Source of the DNA: Laetmonice hystrix
Lineage: Eukaryota
Reading direction: 5' to 3'
Assembly: GCA_965235115.1 (NCBI GenBank)
Contig: OZ249436.1
Span: 48,734,001 to 48,798,000, forward strand
DNA: 64,000 nt
Both the position numbers and the translations under genes were made by a program. The first letter of the stretch is position 1. Each line of letters starts with the position of its first letter. The notes under the pieces are model-generated. The model saw only the letters and a program-made list of their open reading frames with translations. It was not told the DNA's origin and searched no databases. Below are positions 46,335 through 59,211 of the stretch, piece after piece.

Positions 46335-49300
46335 TTACAAATATGACTGGCGTAATGACTGCTTAGAGTTTGGTTTAACATTGGACCTGGTAAATTTGTG
46401 CTTCCCCAGTCGTATGGTTTTCGTGTCGTAGACCTCTGTACTAGGACCGAGGTGGGGTTGTAAGGAGGAGCGTGTCCCCATCCGTAGGGGTTCAGGTGTG
46501 GGATCAGCACCTCGTACTGGATAAAAACGTCTGGTGGATCCAATCTGTAGTAATCGATCTAAGTGATCCGAACTTGACTGATCGCCTGATCCGTGAAGGG
46601 CTCTCCGAAAGATAAGGCGAAGCTTCTGCCTCAATCGAGGATGCGAGTAGAAGTATATGAAGGGATTGTAGATGGTGGACATCTTAGCCATGATACCAGG
46701 AACGGCAGAGGATATTGGCGTGAGGAGTGACTGGTTCCCATATAAACCTATGAAGGCAACAACGGCATAGGGAAACCAGGATATACAGAAACAAATCACA
46801 CTCAACAGAGCCGTTTTAGCGATACGAAGTTCAGTCTTTCGGACTTGTTGTGAACCCACCCACCCGTGGGTCTCCACACTACTAGATCTGGCCAGTCGTT
46901 TTCTATTTCTCCTCACCGATGCCAATATGTACAAGTAGCTGGTAATTATAAGGCATACGGGTAGTACGAAACCAGCTATGAACATTGAGAGCAGCAGCGA
47001 CTTATGCGAGGGGGCTCTGGTGATGTAGTCAATGGAGCAGGTTGTGCCAACGCCCTCTAAAACATACCGGTTCCAACCAGCTATTGGCATCAGCGCCCAG
47101 CCAAACGAATTCGTCCAAACAACAGCAAGCAGGATGGACACGTGACGGCCAGACATGTCTTTGGCCACTCCGGAACACCGGACGAGGACGAGGCTCCGTT
47201 CGAATGCGATGGCCGCTAGGGTATTAATGGACATGAGGCCAAACGCTCCGCCACACAGACCATACATCTGACACACTGCAACAACAAATTGAAATACTAT
47301 CGTTTGTCCCGGTTGTGCCTTTGTCTATGAATATGCTTTCTAAACTGTCTGTATCAGTACAATTAGGCCAAGGGTGTAGCCAGGGGGTTCTGGGTTGCCT
47401 GGATAAAGAATAGATAAATGAATGACTATATTATGGTTTTAACCCCCTTATCTCAGGTCTAAAATAATTGAAATACTATTTTTCGCGCCCCCATCTCACT
47501 TGGAAACTCGCCCTAATCGTGGTCTTTGTTCGTCACTATTTTTTCTTAATTAAACCTGCCTCACACTACACGATTTTCTAACGACACGACAAGCACCACA
47601 AGACAAATTTTCTTGTGTTGTTGGTGGTTATCGTGTGAGAGGTTGGTCGAGACGATTGTAAACGACACGAATTTGTCTTAATTGGTGTATTGTGGAGTTT
47701 CCAACTTGTGAAAGTTTTTTTTCTGTCGTACGACAATTTTCTTGCCGTATCTTGGGAAATTGTAATTTGTGAGAACACCCGTTTTGTCCTCTCGTAGACA
47801 AAAAGTTGTGTCGGGAAGAATCGTGGAGAATTTGTGCATATCGTAGTAAATCAGTGGTGTTCGTGTCGTGTCGTGTCGTACTTAACTCCTGTACGCGCAC
47901 ACCTCATTTTTCCACCCAGCTTGTGCCATTTTCTATGCAAGTTAAATGACCAGAAACTTCCCGCCAACAATTTGTCTTATCGTGTTGTAGGAAGGTATCG
48001 CAGGAAATCGCAGCAAGTCGTGTAGTGTGAGGACACCTGTCGTACGATTATACACAACATGAAAACTTTAGACACGACAGAAAATGGTGTCCTAAAATGC
48101 AGTCCAAAATCGTGTAGTGTGCGACAGGCTTACCTCGAGATCTAGGGTATTCAATGATAAGCCAAAACGTGGCGACAGACAACCCAGATAAAGTGCCACG
48201 TCTATTTGTTCTGTTTCCGTACATATAAAATGCGACCGTTTATTCAAACTCACTCCACCGTCTGTTCACGGAGACCGAATCGTATGCGACAACTCGGAGA
48301 GAGGTCAACTCATATTATGGGCAACGAAATACAGGGTAGCCCAGAAAAAATGGAATAGCATATTTCCGTTATGCTGGTACGTAAAAGACTGGTATGGTAA
48401 GAAAGGACATTTTTTTTTATGAAAAATGACACCAAAATCACCTTATTCGATTGAGTATAGTTTTCTAATGGGAGGCGTCATGAGAGACAAGTAATCCCGT
48501 GACCCAATACTTCGCACAGGTCTAAGTGTAGGCCATGCACTTGTTACACAGAATTTATGTTTTATGAGTAATGGACTCCTGAGCAATTCATAGACTTGAG
48601 ATATCAGTGATGACAACCAAGCCTCGACTTTTTGCCGAGTCCGGCGATCTTGGTGTCATTTTTGAACAAAAAAGATTCTGTATCCTACCAATTTAGGGGC
48701 CGTCCATCATTTTCATCATTTTCACGAGCGTACAGAGCGTACTTCCTTCCAGACCCCCCCCCCCCTAAAGAGTACGCACCATCCGTGAAAAAAATTATGA
48801 CTTTTTACGGTACCCTGGTAGTGGTGTTTCGTACCACTTGTCATCGTCCCATGAAGAGCCATCATAAAATGAAATGGAGACACACCTATAGAAACCTGGA
48901 TATGCTTTTTAATTACAAAAATAAAACATCAACCTTACAAGATGTATTCCTGCATTTTTAAACGTCCAGAAATGTCAGAAAAAAGTAATTACGTCATTGG
49001 GTCTGCCGGAGAAGCTGTACAGAGCTAGCCAGCAGCGCGATATTTGATTATCGGTCGATTCGCACTCCAGAGTCCGGTTATAATGAACAAAGAATTTTTC
49101 CCTGTTATTTTTAATGTAATAAAATACTGATATAACGAATTCGGCTATAGCCAAATTACGTCTATAACGAAGGCAAATTTCCCCCAAAACTGAGGATTTT
49201 CCCAGTTATAACGAAGTAGTAGGCCTAATGTGTCACTCTAGTGGCCCAGACGGAATAATCTTCGACATGAATTAAAAGGTGGGCCCTGTCCCTCCCCACA

Positions 49301-52300
49301 AACTGATTTCTTTGAAATTTTCAGACAATTCCCCCATATATCCGCCCCTTAATTCCGAAAGTTTGGTTAAGAAATATCAAAACACAAGCACTCTAAATTC
49401 ATAAAAGCCGCCTGCCACCCGCCAGAGTCTATAATTCCCGACTATTAATGAATTAAAAGGGACCGATTTCTTTGAAATATTTTAAGCACCAATTCCCCAA
49501 TATATCCGCCCTTAGATCTGAAAATTTGGTTAAAGAATATCGAGAACTGTATAAATGCTGAACTTATAAACACAGGCACCCCAAACTCAGGTATAGGCCT
49601 GAGCCGCCCATGCACCAGAGTCTTATTATAGGCTAATTCCCGACATGAATTAAAAGGTGAGCTCTGTCCCTTCCCCTGAACCGATTTCTTTGAAATTCTC
49701 GGCACCCATTGCCCTATATATCCGCTCATAAATCTGAAAAATTGGTTAACGAACTGTATAAATGCTGAACTTATAAACACAGGCACCCCAAATTCAGATA
49801 GGCCTATACAAGACGCCCGCCGCTCTCGCAGGGCGAGAGCTCTGGCGGCAAATAGTAGGCCTAGGCCTATATATTTCATCATCATTTTTTTCATAAAAGC
49901 GTACGCAGGGTCTAGACCCCCCCCCCCCCCCCTAGTACGGTTTGTACGCTCGTGAAAATGATGAAAATGATGGACGGCCCCTTACATTGGGATGCTGGAA
50001 ATATGCTATTCCTTTCTTTCATGGGCCACCCTATATGGGTAACCTACCCGTCGGACCGAAAATCCAATGCCCAGCAAAAGATGCAATAACACACAATGGG
50101 AATCCTGTGACGGCCATCATGGTGTCAGCAAATGCAAGGTTCGTGAGTAGCAAGTTCCCGTGGGTGCGAAGAGATCTGAATCTGCAAACAAGCACAACGA
50201 TGTCCAGTTTGAAGCTAATAACTTGCTCTTATGTGTATTTGTGTATTTTAATTCGAGAAAGAGGAGATAGCCTAACTATGTTTCCAGTATAAGTCATTCC
50301 GAAGTACACAGTCATACGACCACGCAATATACCTATAGAAAGGATCAATATCCCTATTGTAATTCACCGTATCCAACTATGTAAGCACAGTACATGTGAG
50401 TTTTTAAACTTTTAAGCTGCCAGTTTCATGAACAGCTAGAACGTCAGCTTCAGCCAGATTTGAATGGTTAGGGACATTGTTTGAAGGAGAATGACACCAA
50501 GAACTCCTGATTCTGATACTTACAGTATGAGTAATGACGAAACTAAACACTCTTATGCCATATTCAAATCGGAAAATAGCCCATATCCAGACCAAACGGC
50601 CATAGACTTATGGACGTGATCCACTTGCGTTGCGATGGCTTTCGCGCGTCTATACGATTTTTCTCTCTCGGAAGCTTCGGAAGTACGTAAAAGTGCTCGT
50701 ATAAAGCTGTATCCTCACTGGACGCGTGCGACGCGAGCGACGCGTACGATGCGTGCGACGCGATATTTTTTCTACCCTCACAAGATGCGCGTGATACGTC
50801 TGCGTATAGGCTACGGGCCTGGGAACATATAGGTATTTACATTATGCGCGTCTATCAATTGCGGGTCCAGGATATCACTAAAGCCTAAAGGGGAAGAGGG
50901 CACAGGAAAACAATTCATAATTGTTTGTATTACGAATTAAAGCTCATGCTCTTGAATGAGAGTTCTAGAAGTATAGGCCTACATAATAGCTCGGGGTTTC
51001 CCTGAGATACACCGTCAGTGTTAAAATTAATTAAAAATGAGTAGGCTATAGGCGTGTATAGGTGTATATTAGTCTCTTGACGCTCTTGAACAAGGTCGTA
51101 GATCTCACTTCTGATTGGTCAAGATGTCTTTTGTCGCGCGCGTAGCGCGACAAAAATAGAACCAGTCCTATCTGTGTCGCGACGCGCGCGTCACAAAAAA
51201 TGACGCGCGCGTCGCGCGCGGCCAGTGCAGATGGCTCAATTCATTTCCATTACTTCTAAAAAAAAACGCTCGCGTCGCTCGCGTCGCACGCGTCTAGTGA
51301 GGATACAGCTTACCCGTGTAAGCACTCGTAAGAAAATCGAAAAGCATTATCCACTTGCAGGGTCTTGGAGCTCTTCCGATTGTCAGAGGACATCAAAATG
51401 GAGCTCGAGGAGGTACTTCGCCTTTTTGGCCGAAGGTGAGGAACAAGAAATGGAAGAAGTTTTTGGGTTCGCTTTAACCCTTCTGCGCTCTTCCGAGTGC
51501 TTAGTTGCGAACTCTTTATCATCTTCCGATATCTTACGCGAGGCCACGCGCACTATGCACTTTTCGATTATATCTAACATTTTTTGATCTGCTCGTAGGG
51601 CCTAAGGAGGTCCCGAGAGCGCTCTGGCACTCGTAAGATGTCGGAAGCCCTCGGAACACTCGTGAACGCTCGTAATGCGTGATTCACTTAAAATGCTTGC
51701 GTGCATTCCCGATTCCCTTCCGCGTGGGGGAGGGTGAGAATGCACAAGATTGTGATGACGTGACAGTCGGGTTGGAAACACTGGGTCTTTCGGCGAGCCG
51801 CCTGTAATTCGCGAGGTAAAAGAGTCCCAAGTTGCCACCCAGAAATCTCCGTTGCCACCTGCCGTGTATCAGGTCAGTTCCTTGTTAAATAATATCAAAT
51901 GATATCGTTCGAGGCCCAAGTCAGCAGGCTGCCGAATAGTCCGGTGGAAAAACTTCCCTTTCGTAACGCTTTGGTGTGAGAGTGATCCGGCCGTGGGGGA
52001 TTCCGTATCTATATTCTTACCCGTGACGTCACGGCAGTTCCCCGACTTGACCCCAAAGGCTCGCGCACAGTGGTCGGTCATGCTTGCATCGATAGATCCA
52101 GGGTACAGTGAAACAATTAACCCTATAATACATCAGATCTAACTAATTAATACAACCAAGCACCATGATATAGGTAGGTCTTTCTGTCAACAAAGTTACA
52201 GTTACATCATACGAGCCAATTATAAATAGACAATCGATAATCTATCGAAGTAATAAATTTAAGCTATACGCCTTGGACCTGTTGGAAGCTTTAAGAAGAT

Positions 52301-53142
52301 TTAAGAGTCTTATTATTGCATTTCACAGAGGATAATTGCATGGACTGGAAGACTTGAAAGATTACCGGTGACCGGGGGCTTCAAGTATACCCGAACTATT
52401 GATCAGTTGTCAAAACGAGTGTTGTAATCGTATCATTTAGATTACGCTTACCTTAAAGGGAGGGTAAACACACACACCCACACACACACAATAAGGTTTC
52501 GTAGACCAAATGGAACACCAGCATTTACCTCAGGGCAATAAATGCCACAATTACGTTGTCTGAATGAAATTAACGTGTAACTGCCCGATGTGTGACGCCG
52601 CTGGTTCTGACCTTGAGCTGCTTGTGTGTTCATCAGAGCCGAATGCTGCACACCACGGCATATTACGTAACATTACGTGTTAAGCAGCCCATCCACGTAT
52701 AATATTATTGAGTCAATTATTATTGCCCTGAGGTAAATGCTGGTGTTTCATTTGTCCTTGTATTTGTATATTTAGTTCAGTTCCTGGCAATAAATGGACC
52801 ATTTTCTTATCCCCTGACCCCGGCCATGGAGAAAGCGGAGTGGACTTACCTTTGAACAATACAAATAATGAACACATTCCCAACGATAGCGACAATACCA
52901 GTTATAATCATAATAATTCCTATAGCAACGTGCACAGGGTAGGGCGTCTTTGAGAACTGGTCCCAGTACGTCTGAGGCAATGCTGGTCCTCTACAATGAT
53001 TTGCAGGCTGCTGGTCGGAAGCCGATACATTGTCTCCAACAGAGGTAACGTTGGCTGAGTAAAAGGCTGTCTCGAAAAGTTCATTTGTACGGGCGCTCGA
53101 TATACACGTGGTCTGATTGATTATCTCCTTCAATTCTGCCAT
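46335..53142 (-). CDS. Rhabdomeric (Gq/melanopsin-type) opsin, divergent, about 455 aa
   Basis: Exons 52850-53142, 50048-50181, 46335-47275 (1368 nt, in frame). 7TM class-A GPCR: YWDQF, GN (TM1), LRTHGN, NLAFAD, YVLEGVGTTCSIDY (E181 equivalent), ELRIAK, SWFPY, AKMSTIYNPFIY (retinal-binding K296 equivalent and NPxxY), SHPR tripeptide typical of r-opsins. Confidence 0.93.
47551..48132. mobile_element. Harbinger-like MITE in opsin intron 2
   Basis: taaacctgcctcacactacacgatttt ... aaaatcgtgtagtgtgcgacaggctta. Confidence 0.78.
48332..50033. mobile_element. Tc1/mariner-like element carrying a nested insertion
   Basis: ta|cagggtagcccagaaaaaatggaatagcatatttcc ... ggaaatatgctattcc...gggccacccta|ta. 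Confidence 0.72.
48696..49981. mobile_element. Harbinger-like element nested in 48332-50033
   Basis: TTA|ggggccgtccatcattttcatcattttcacgagcgtaca ... tgtacgctcgtgaaaatgatgaaaatgatggacggcccc|TTA; perfect ~39-bp TIR. Confidence 0.85.
50704..51311. mobile_element. Harbinger-like MITE in opsin intron 1
   Basis: agctgtatcctcactggacgcgtgcgacgcgagcgacgcg ... cgcgtcgctcgcgtcgcacgcgtctagtgaggatacagct. Confidence 0.8.
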
Positions 53143-53290
53143 TCTCCGCAGCTTGGGGAGCAGAACCGTCTATGCCCTCTTCGGCTCTTCCTCCTGGGAG
53201 TCGGTATAGACCTATTCCAACATATCGCTTGTTTGAATAGAAAGTAGGAAGCCCTTTCCGGTCACCGGTGGACACGAGGTGCAGTCCAAA

Positions 53291-53609
53291 GTTACGGTAT
53301 GAGCAGGACACGATGATGGAATATGACGTCCCCAACGTTACGGTATGAGCAGGACACGATGATGGAATATGACGTCCCCAACGTTACGGTATGAGCAGGA
53401 CACGATGATGGAATATGACGTCCCCAACGTTACGGTATGAGCAGGACACGATGATGGAATATGACGTCCCCAACGTTACGGTATCAGCAGGACACGATGA
53501 TGGAATATGACGTCCCCAACGTTACGGTATCAGCAGGACACGATGATGGAATATGACGTCCCCAACGTTACGGTATCAGCAGGACACGATGATGGAATAT
53601 GACGTCCCC
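53291..53609. repeat. 46-bp tandem repeat, 7 copies, upstream of the opsin start codon
   Basis: (gttacggtat(g/c)agcaggacacgatgatggaatatgacgtccccaac)x7, only one variable position. Confidence 0.95.
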
Positions 53610-54325
53610 TTTAATAGGTAGGACGATTTATGAATGAGCAGCTGGAGCTGTAACCTACTCATGCCACCGTGTCATTCGGCCAACTGAAGATGAGGCTGTT
53701 TCCAATCTCTCTCCCTCCCTCCCATGATCTAATGCGAGTCAAGTATGTTGATGTGGGCAGAGCGGACGTCGCCAAGTGGTGCTGTTTAACGGATGCGGTC
53801 CGCAGAGACTGTAGAGAACCTTTTCCATGGAGGGATACATCAGGGCCAGATCCAGGATTTTAAAGTTTTATTTGATGAAATATAGGCTACTTGCCGTTTT
53901 AGATTCCAGATTTACTCTGTGGCTCTTTGAGGACGGACATTTGGCAACTTTGTTTTTTCTTTTCTTTTCTTTTATCTTTCTTTTTTATATCGTTTTCCGA
54001 GGAAAAATCAATTAATCAGACGATATTGCTTGGATTCACCTGTATTGCATCAACACACTATATAAATAAGTACATGTATTTTGTTACTGAAATGAAATTG
54101 TTACTGAAATGAAATGAAATAAAGTTTCTAAAAAAATCATATTAGAAAATGACTGTATGAAATATATTATGTAGAAACGCATAACTCCCTCTATTTATTA
54201 TATCATATAGCTGGAAGAGGAAAAAGAGCAACTGCATATATCTTAACAGAGAACTCGCAGTTTACCATTATTAATATATAGGACCGTCTAAATTGCTGAC
54301 TGGAAAATGTGCACTTTTAGTTTGA

Positions 54326-54840
54326 TACTCGAGCAATCACTACAGTGAGAGGTCCCTACATGTATTGACTGGCCTTATTGTCGAGCAAACACTACAGTTA
54401 GGGCTCCCTACATGTAATGACTGGCCTTGGGCTGGAGCAAACAGTAAAGTGAGGGCTCCCTACATGTATTGAATGGCGTCATACTCGAGCAAACACTACA
54501 GTGAGGGCTCCGAACATGTATTGACTGAGCTTAGACTGAAGCAAACACTACAGTGAGGGCTCTGTACATGTATTGGCTGGCCTTATACTCGAGCAAACAC
54601 GACAGTGAGGGCTCCCTACATGTATTGAGTGGCGTCATACTCGAGCAAATAATACAGAGAGGGCTCTCTACATGTATTGACTGAGCTAAGAGTGAAGCAA
54701 ACACTAGAGTGAGGGCTCCCTACATGTATTGAATGTCCTTGTGCTGGAGCAAACACTACAGTGAGGGCTCCCTACATGTATTGACTGGCCTTATACTATG
54801 GCAAACACTACAATGAGGGCTCTCTACATGTATTGGCTGG
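54326..54840. repeat. 52-bp minisatellite, about 10 diverged copies
   Basis: (gagcaaacactacagtgagggctccctacatgtattgactggccttatactc)n. Confidence 0.9.
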
Positions 54841-55704
54841 TTAACTTCTACCAGTCGTGGTCTTTACTATGTGGGAACGCGTAACTCCTTTTCAAAGGAC
54901 CAAGTATTGAAAAATACATTAACCATACATACAAATGTCAGCAGAGAAATGCACTGTCACCTTCACATTTCCCATTTCGAGTCGAGAACACTCAAATCCA
55001 AAGCTGCCTTCCGCCATCGGAAATGTCTGACCTGCAGACATAGCGTTGCAACGGGTGAGAGGATCACGTGAATGCGGCTATAGTCTCGCGTTCTGTGAAA
55101 AGGGTGTAAAGTCGCCTGTCCAAAACTCTATCGCGTAGGTGGGCTGCAGGTCTTGAAAAAGACGCGCGTCATTCCAAATTTGCTGGTTTTTAAATATTTA
55201 AAAAACATAGTCACGAAATCCAATCAGGCAAGTAGGCAGTGCTATGGAACATAATTGCCAGACTATATACAAGCAGTATTTTCGCCAATTTCTAATATGA
55301 AATAAGTCCCATGATTCCTTTAACTTGTATTCAAATCCGACTTCCTAGAACACTTTAAGTAAATCCATTGAAAAATATTCGTTTACTGCTTTTGTAACGC
55401 TATTCCTTTTATAGGCATGGGTAACGAACAAAACGAAGGAGTTTATGGCCACTTTATATATTTAAGGGGAGAAATTCTTTTCACAAGTTTGAGGCACCAA
55501 ATAGAACAAGAACCATTCAAGGCATCTGTGAATGAAAATGATACATTGTATTCCGTTTACCTGTAAGCCTAGATTACAGAAATGGGTCCATTAATACTAT
55601 TAGATCCTCTTGTGTACAGGTCCTGTACCGTCACCAAGAACAAAAGTTAATCCTTAATTGGCTTTTATTTATTCTATGAAATGTCCATTAAACATATTGT
55701 AGTG

Positions 55705-58700
55705 TCATTTGAAGAAGACATTTTTGGTCAGCATTGACGCCGTCCACGGCACAACTTTTCTCGCTCTATTTTGCGGGCGGTCCTCCGGTGGGTTTCTCAC
55801 GACGAACTCGTCACTACAGGCAATCTGATTCCGAACCATATCCATCAATACATCCAAATCGCAGAACGCTGCTTTTTCCGTGAACACATCGTGAAGAGAC
55901 CGGAAGAACCATGACCCATCGGTGCGGTTGTTAAAACTTTGAAAACCTGATGAAGTAAGGTTAAAATATTATGAACAAATCATTCTGTCACAAATCCTCC
56001 TAGAAAAAAAGTGGAGCATGAACCTAGCTCAGCCAAGTATGATTGATCGCTTAAATCTCGCGGTCCACACTTGAGTGGGCACGCTTCCCTGAGACTACTG
56101 CAATTACACGGCAACGCACGCGTTTAGATAACGCACACCTAAACGTAATGCGATGCGATTCGAATGGGACATGTTCCATTCTCAACGCATCGCACAAAGC
56201 AACGCACGCGAGATTTCTGTGACGATGACGTCATTCATAGGGGGTTTCCGTGGCAACCTTTACCAAGTTTGACGCATGCGACGCATGTGTTGCAAAATCG
56301 CATGTCCGTGTGTTTCTTTAACGGGCTTAAAGGTGGTTCAGCTGGTATTTTAATCCAACGGTGGCCGTTTATAACAAAAAACAATGTTTTTAATAATAAC
56401 AATAGTGGAAACATGATGACTTGAGATGCCCCCTTTTTATACATTTTATGCTGGACGTCTATACTGTTCATAACAAATAATGTTGTCGTTACTACATGTC
56501 AAGAGCAAAAAATCTTCAAAACATAGCTGCATGGTAAATATAATTGTATACGGAGAGGAATGTTATAATCATAATGTTATGTATAGGCCTACCTGGGGGC
56601 GTTGAGAACGCAATATAGAAGTCCTTGTATATTGGAACGTCCACAGATCTATTCATACAGGGTTGAAAGGTGGGGAGCAGACAAAATTCCATCGTGAGTT
56701 CTTCCACATTACCATCCTCAGACTTTTCCATTACTCGGTCAAGCTTCAAGCCCCGGCAACTCTGCGTATAAAAAAATCATGTTTTATTATGTCATCCGGT
56801 GTTTATAACAGGGGAGATACCCCCAAACAGGGACGACGCCCTACTCTTTTTGATCCTGAGACTGAGAGACCATGCATGTTCTCTCAGTCATGCATACGTT
56901 GTACAGATCCGTGGAATGACTGACCAAGGCTACGTATAAATTCGTCCTACGTATAATTAGGAAACATGGGACAAGGATCACAATTCCAGTAGAGGCCCTA
57001 ATTGGAAATGACTAATGAAAAATCCGTCTTAGGCCGGTTATTAAGCCACTATTGATTAAAGCATTATGCCGACACTAAACAGGCCTATGCCTAATGCGAC
57101 ATCTCTGACAGGGGGCGTGTCATTCTGAGCCCATAGCATAAAGTCGTATTCGGGGGAGGGGGGGGGGGAATCTCTTATTATGGGGTCCTATAGTCTGTTC
57201 ACTCTAAGCGGCCTCATTATTACTTCATTTATAGGATAATACAGAACCACGTGGAATTTAGTCATATTCTTGAATGACAGGCGGTGATGACTTGTGATAC
57301 GCCAGCTGTGGGTAGACGGGAGGCGTTAAACTTGGCGCTATATAAATTTACCAGCGGGCATTATCTTAACTAGTTATGAAACGGGCCCCAGCACTGTTAC
57401 GGGAAATGTGTACATTTGTACTAAATACTGTTTACGAATAACGGGGACCACTTCACTCTGTTAATCATTTCGTTATCTATACAATCCTACTTTATCGGAG
57501 ATCTATAGGCCAAGTAACACTATACCAGAAATCATTACAGAAGACATTACGCAGGATAAAGATTCTGGGGATAGCGCACCAGATATGAACCACAGAATTT
57601 GGCATGTTAACAAGTTTATAACAGGTTGAATCTTATTTTACATGTATGACCGCTCTTGGCCCCGTCCCCTATTTTTAATTACGGAAACGATTTGTGGGCC
57701 TGGGCGTCTTGGCGTACGGCTATATATAGGTACGCCCCTGCAGCCTATTCTGTGATCAACAATATCAGAAATATTGCAATACGTGCTTGGATAAAGAACA
57801 TCTTGGGCTTGCCAGCCAGTCCAGGACATTTGTCTTCACGCAGCGCCTCCGTCATTAGAGTGACCGATAAAATACCGTCTGCGCAGTAGATGACGTCAGC
57901 AGACACGCCCTCTGTTGGCAAAGGTATCTGATTTCCGTGGGTAGAAAAAGCCAGAATCACCGCGTCCTCCTCGATCCGTTGATCATTCTCCTTGCGAACT
58001 GATGATGACGGTGCAAAATGGAGTGAAAATATTTAATTTATCGTATAAGGTAAAAAAAAGTTGAAACTTTAATTGAGCGAGCATGAGTCAAAGCTTAGCA
58101 TTCAGATAGTTATCCTCGGGAAAACTGTAATCCAAAATCCCAATAGTGTGGACAATGATTTTTTAGACGTATTATTACATTAATTTTAATTAAATTGTAC
58201 TTAAACAATAATGAAAACGATTTAATTTGGGGTCCCATACGCTTAAATATGTACAATGTAGCTTGAAGCGGCATTTCCCTCATAATTTGTACATTTAGGC
58301 CTACTTATATATTAGGGATATTGAAATAAACTAGACATATTGTTACACAGCAACAATGGATGCCATTTTCCCCATGAGGTCTAATTACACGAGTCTGACC
58401 CAGTGTTCCACTTGGCATCTGGAACCCTGACTGCATGAGGCACTGTCAATGGTGACCCTGCTGGTCGCCTTGCTGTTACAACATACAGAGTTTGGAGGTC
58501 ATATGACATCATTATGACATCATTAAATTTGTTCAGTAGGTAAAATAATAAAATGTGATTGCCAATATTGTGCTGTATAGGAAATGAACTTTAATAGAAT
58601 TTTTGAAGGCGATTTGAACCCGTATACTCTTCCCGCTAAGGATGAGAGATTTCCCCCTGCAAAACTTGGTGAAAATTCTTCAAACATTGAGGAAGTACTA

Positions 58701-59211
58701 CAACAACGACGACGACCGACATGCTGATCACCCTTCCTATACTTACAGTCTGGGTAACGACTAAACTGTTCACTTGATGCCATATCCAAAACGGAAAATA
58801 GCTCATATCCAGACCAAACGTCCAAAGACTTGCTTGTCTAGAACTTAGACGGATCTTAGCAAGCCCGGCATTGAACTCGTGCATCATTTTGACCTTGCAC
58901 AAGATGTACGTGCATGACCATCCAAAAATAGAAAAATAACGGAGAGCGAAAAAAAAAGAACACAGCTTACACTCGTTGATTATCCTCAGCGTTTCAGTCG
59001 TAGTTTTGTCCTCATATACGACAGCTGTAAATCCTAAATTCGTAAATGTGTCTCTCATCAACTCACAATCCTTGTCGGCACAGTGGCGCTCCCTCGGAGT
59101 CGCGCTCACATTACATTTTTCGAAATGTTTGTTCACAAAGAGTAAAGCATACCCTCTTTTCTTGTGATTAAACCGGTATATTTCTGTGAGGTCAGAATTC
59201 AGCTTTTCCAT
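55705..59211 (-). CDS. Caspase-3/7-like cysteine protease (peptidase C14), about 287 aa; 5' end uncertain
   Basis: Exons 58971-59211, 57787-57998 (GC donor), 56593-56761, 55705-55946 (864 nt, in frame). Motifs: YRFNHKKRGYALLFVNKHF, LGF, STHG (catalytic His), CPGLAGKPKMFFIQ|SCRG (catalytic Cys), DFYIAFSTPPG, GSWF, SMLTKNVFF; AATAAA at 55664-69 (minus). Confidence 0.88.

Noticed and set aside
51310..51600. Short charged ORFs in opsin intron 1
   Set aside because: Within repeat-derived sequence, interrupted by stops and a MITE; no family recognised.
58636..58970. C-terminal half of the 216-aa ORF 58636-59286
   Set aside because: Intron read-through after the donor at 58970; caspase homology resumes at 57998.
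8997..59211. ELAC2, SLC22, opsin and caspase as a functional gene cluster
   Set aside because: Unrelated pathways, mixed orientations, no shared regulatory signal seen; adjacency alone is not evidence in an animal genome.
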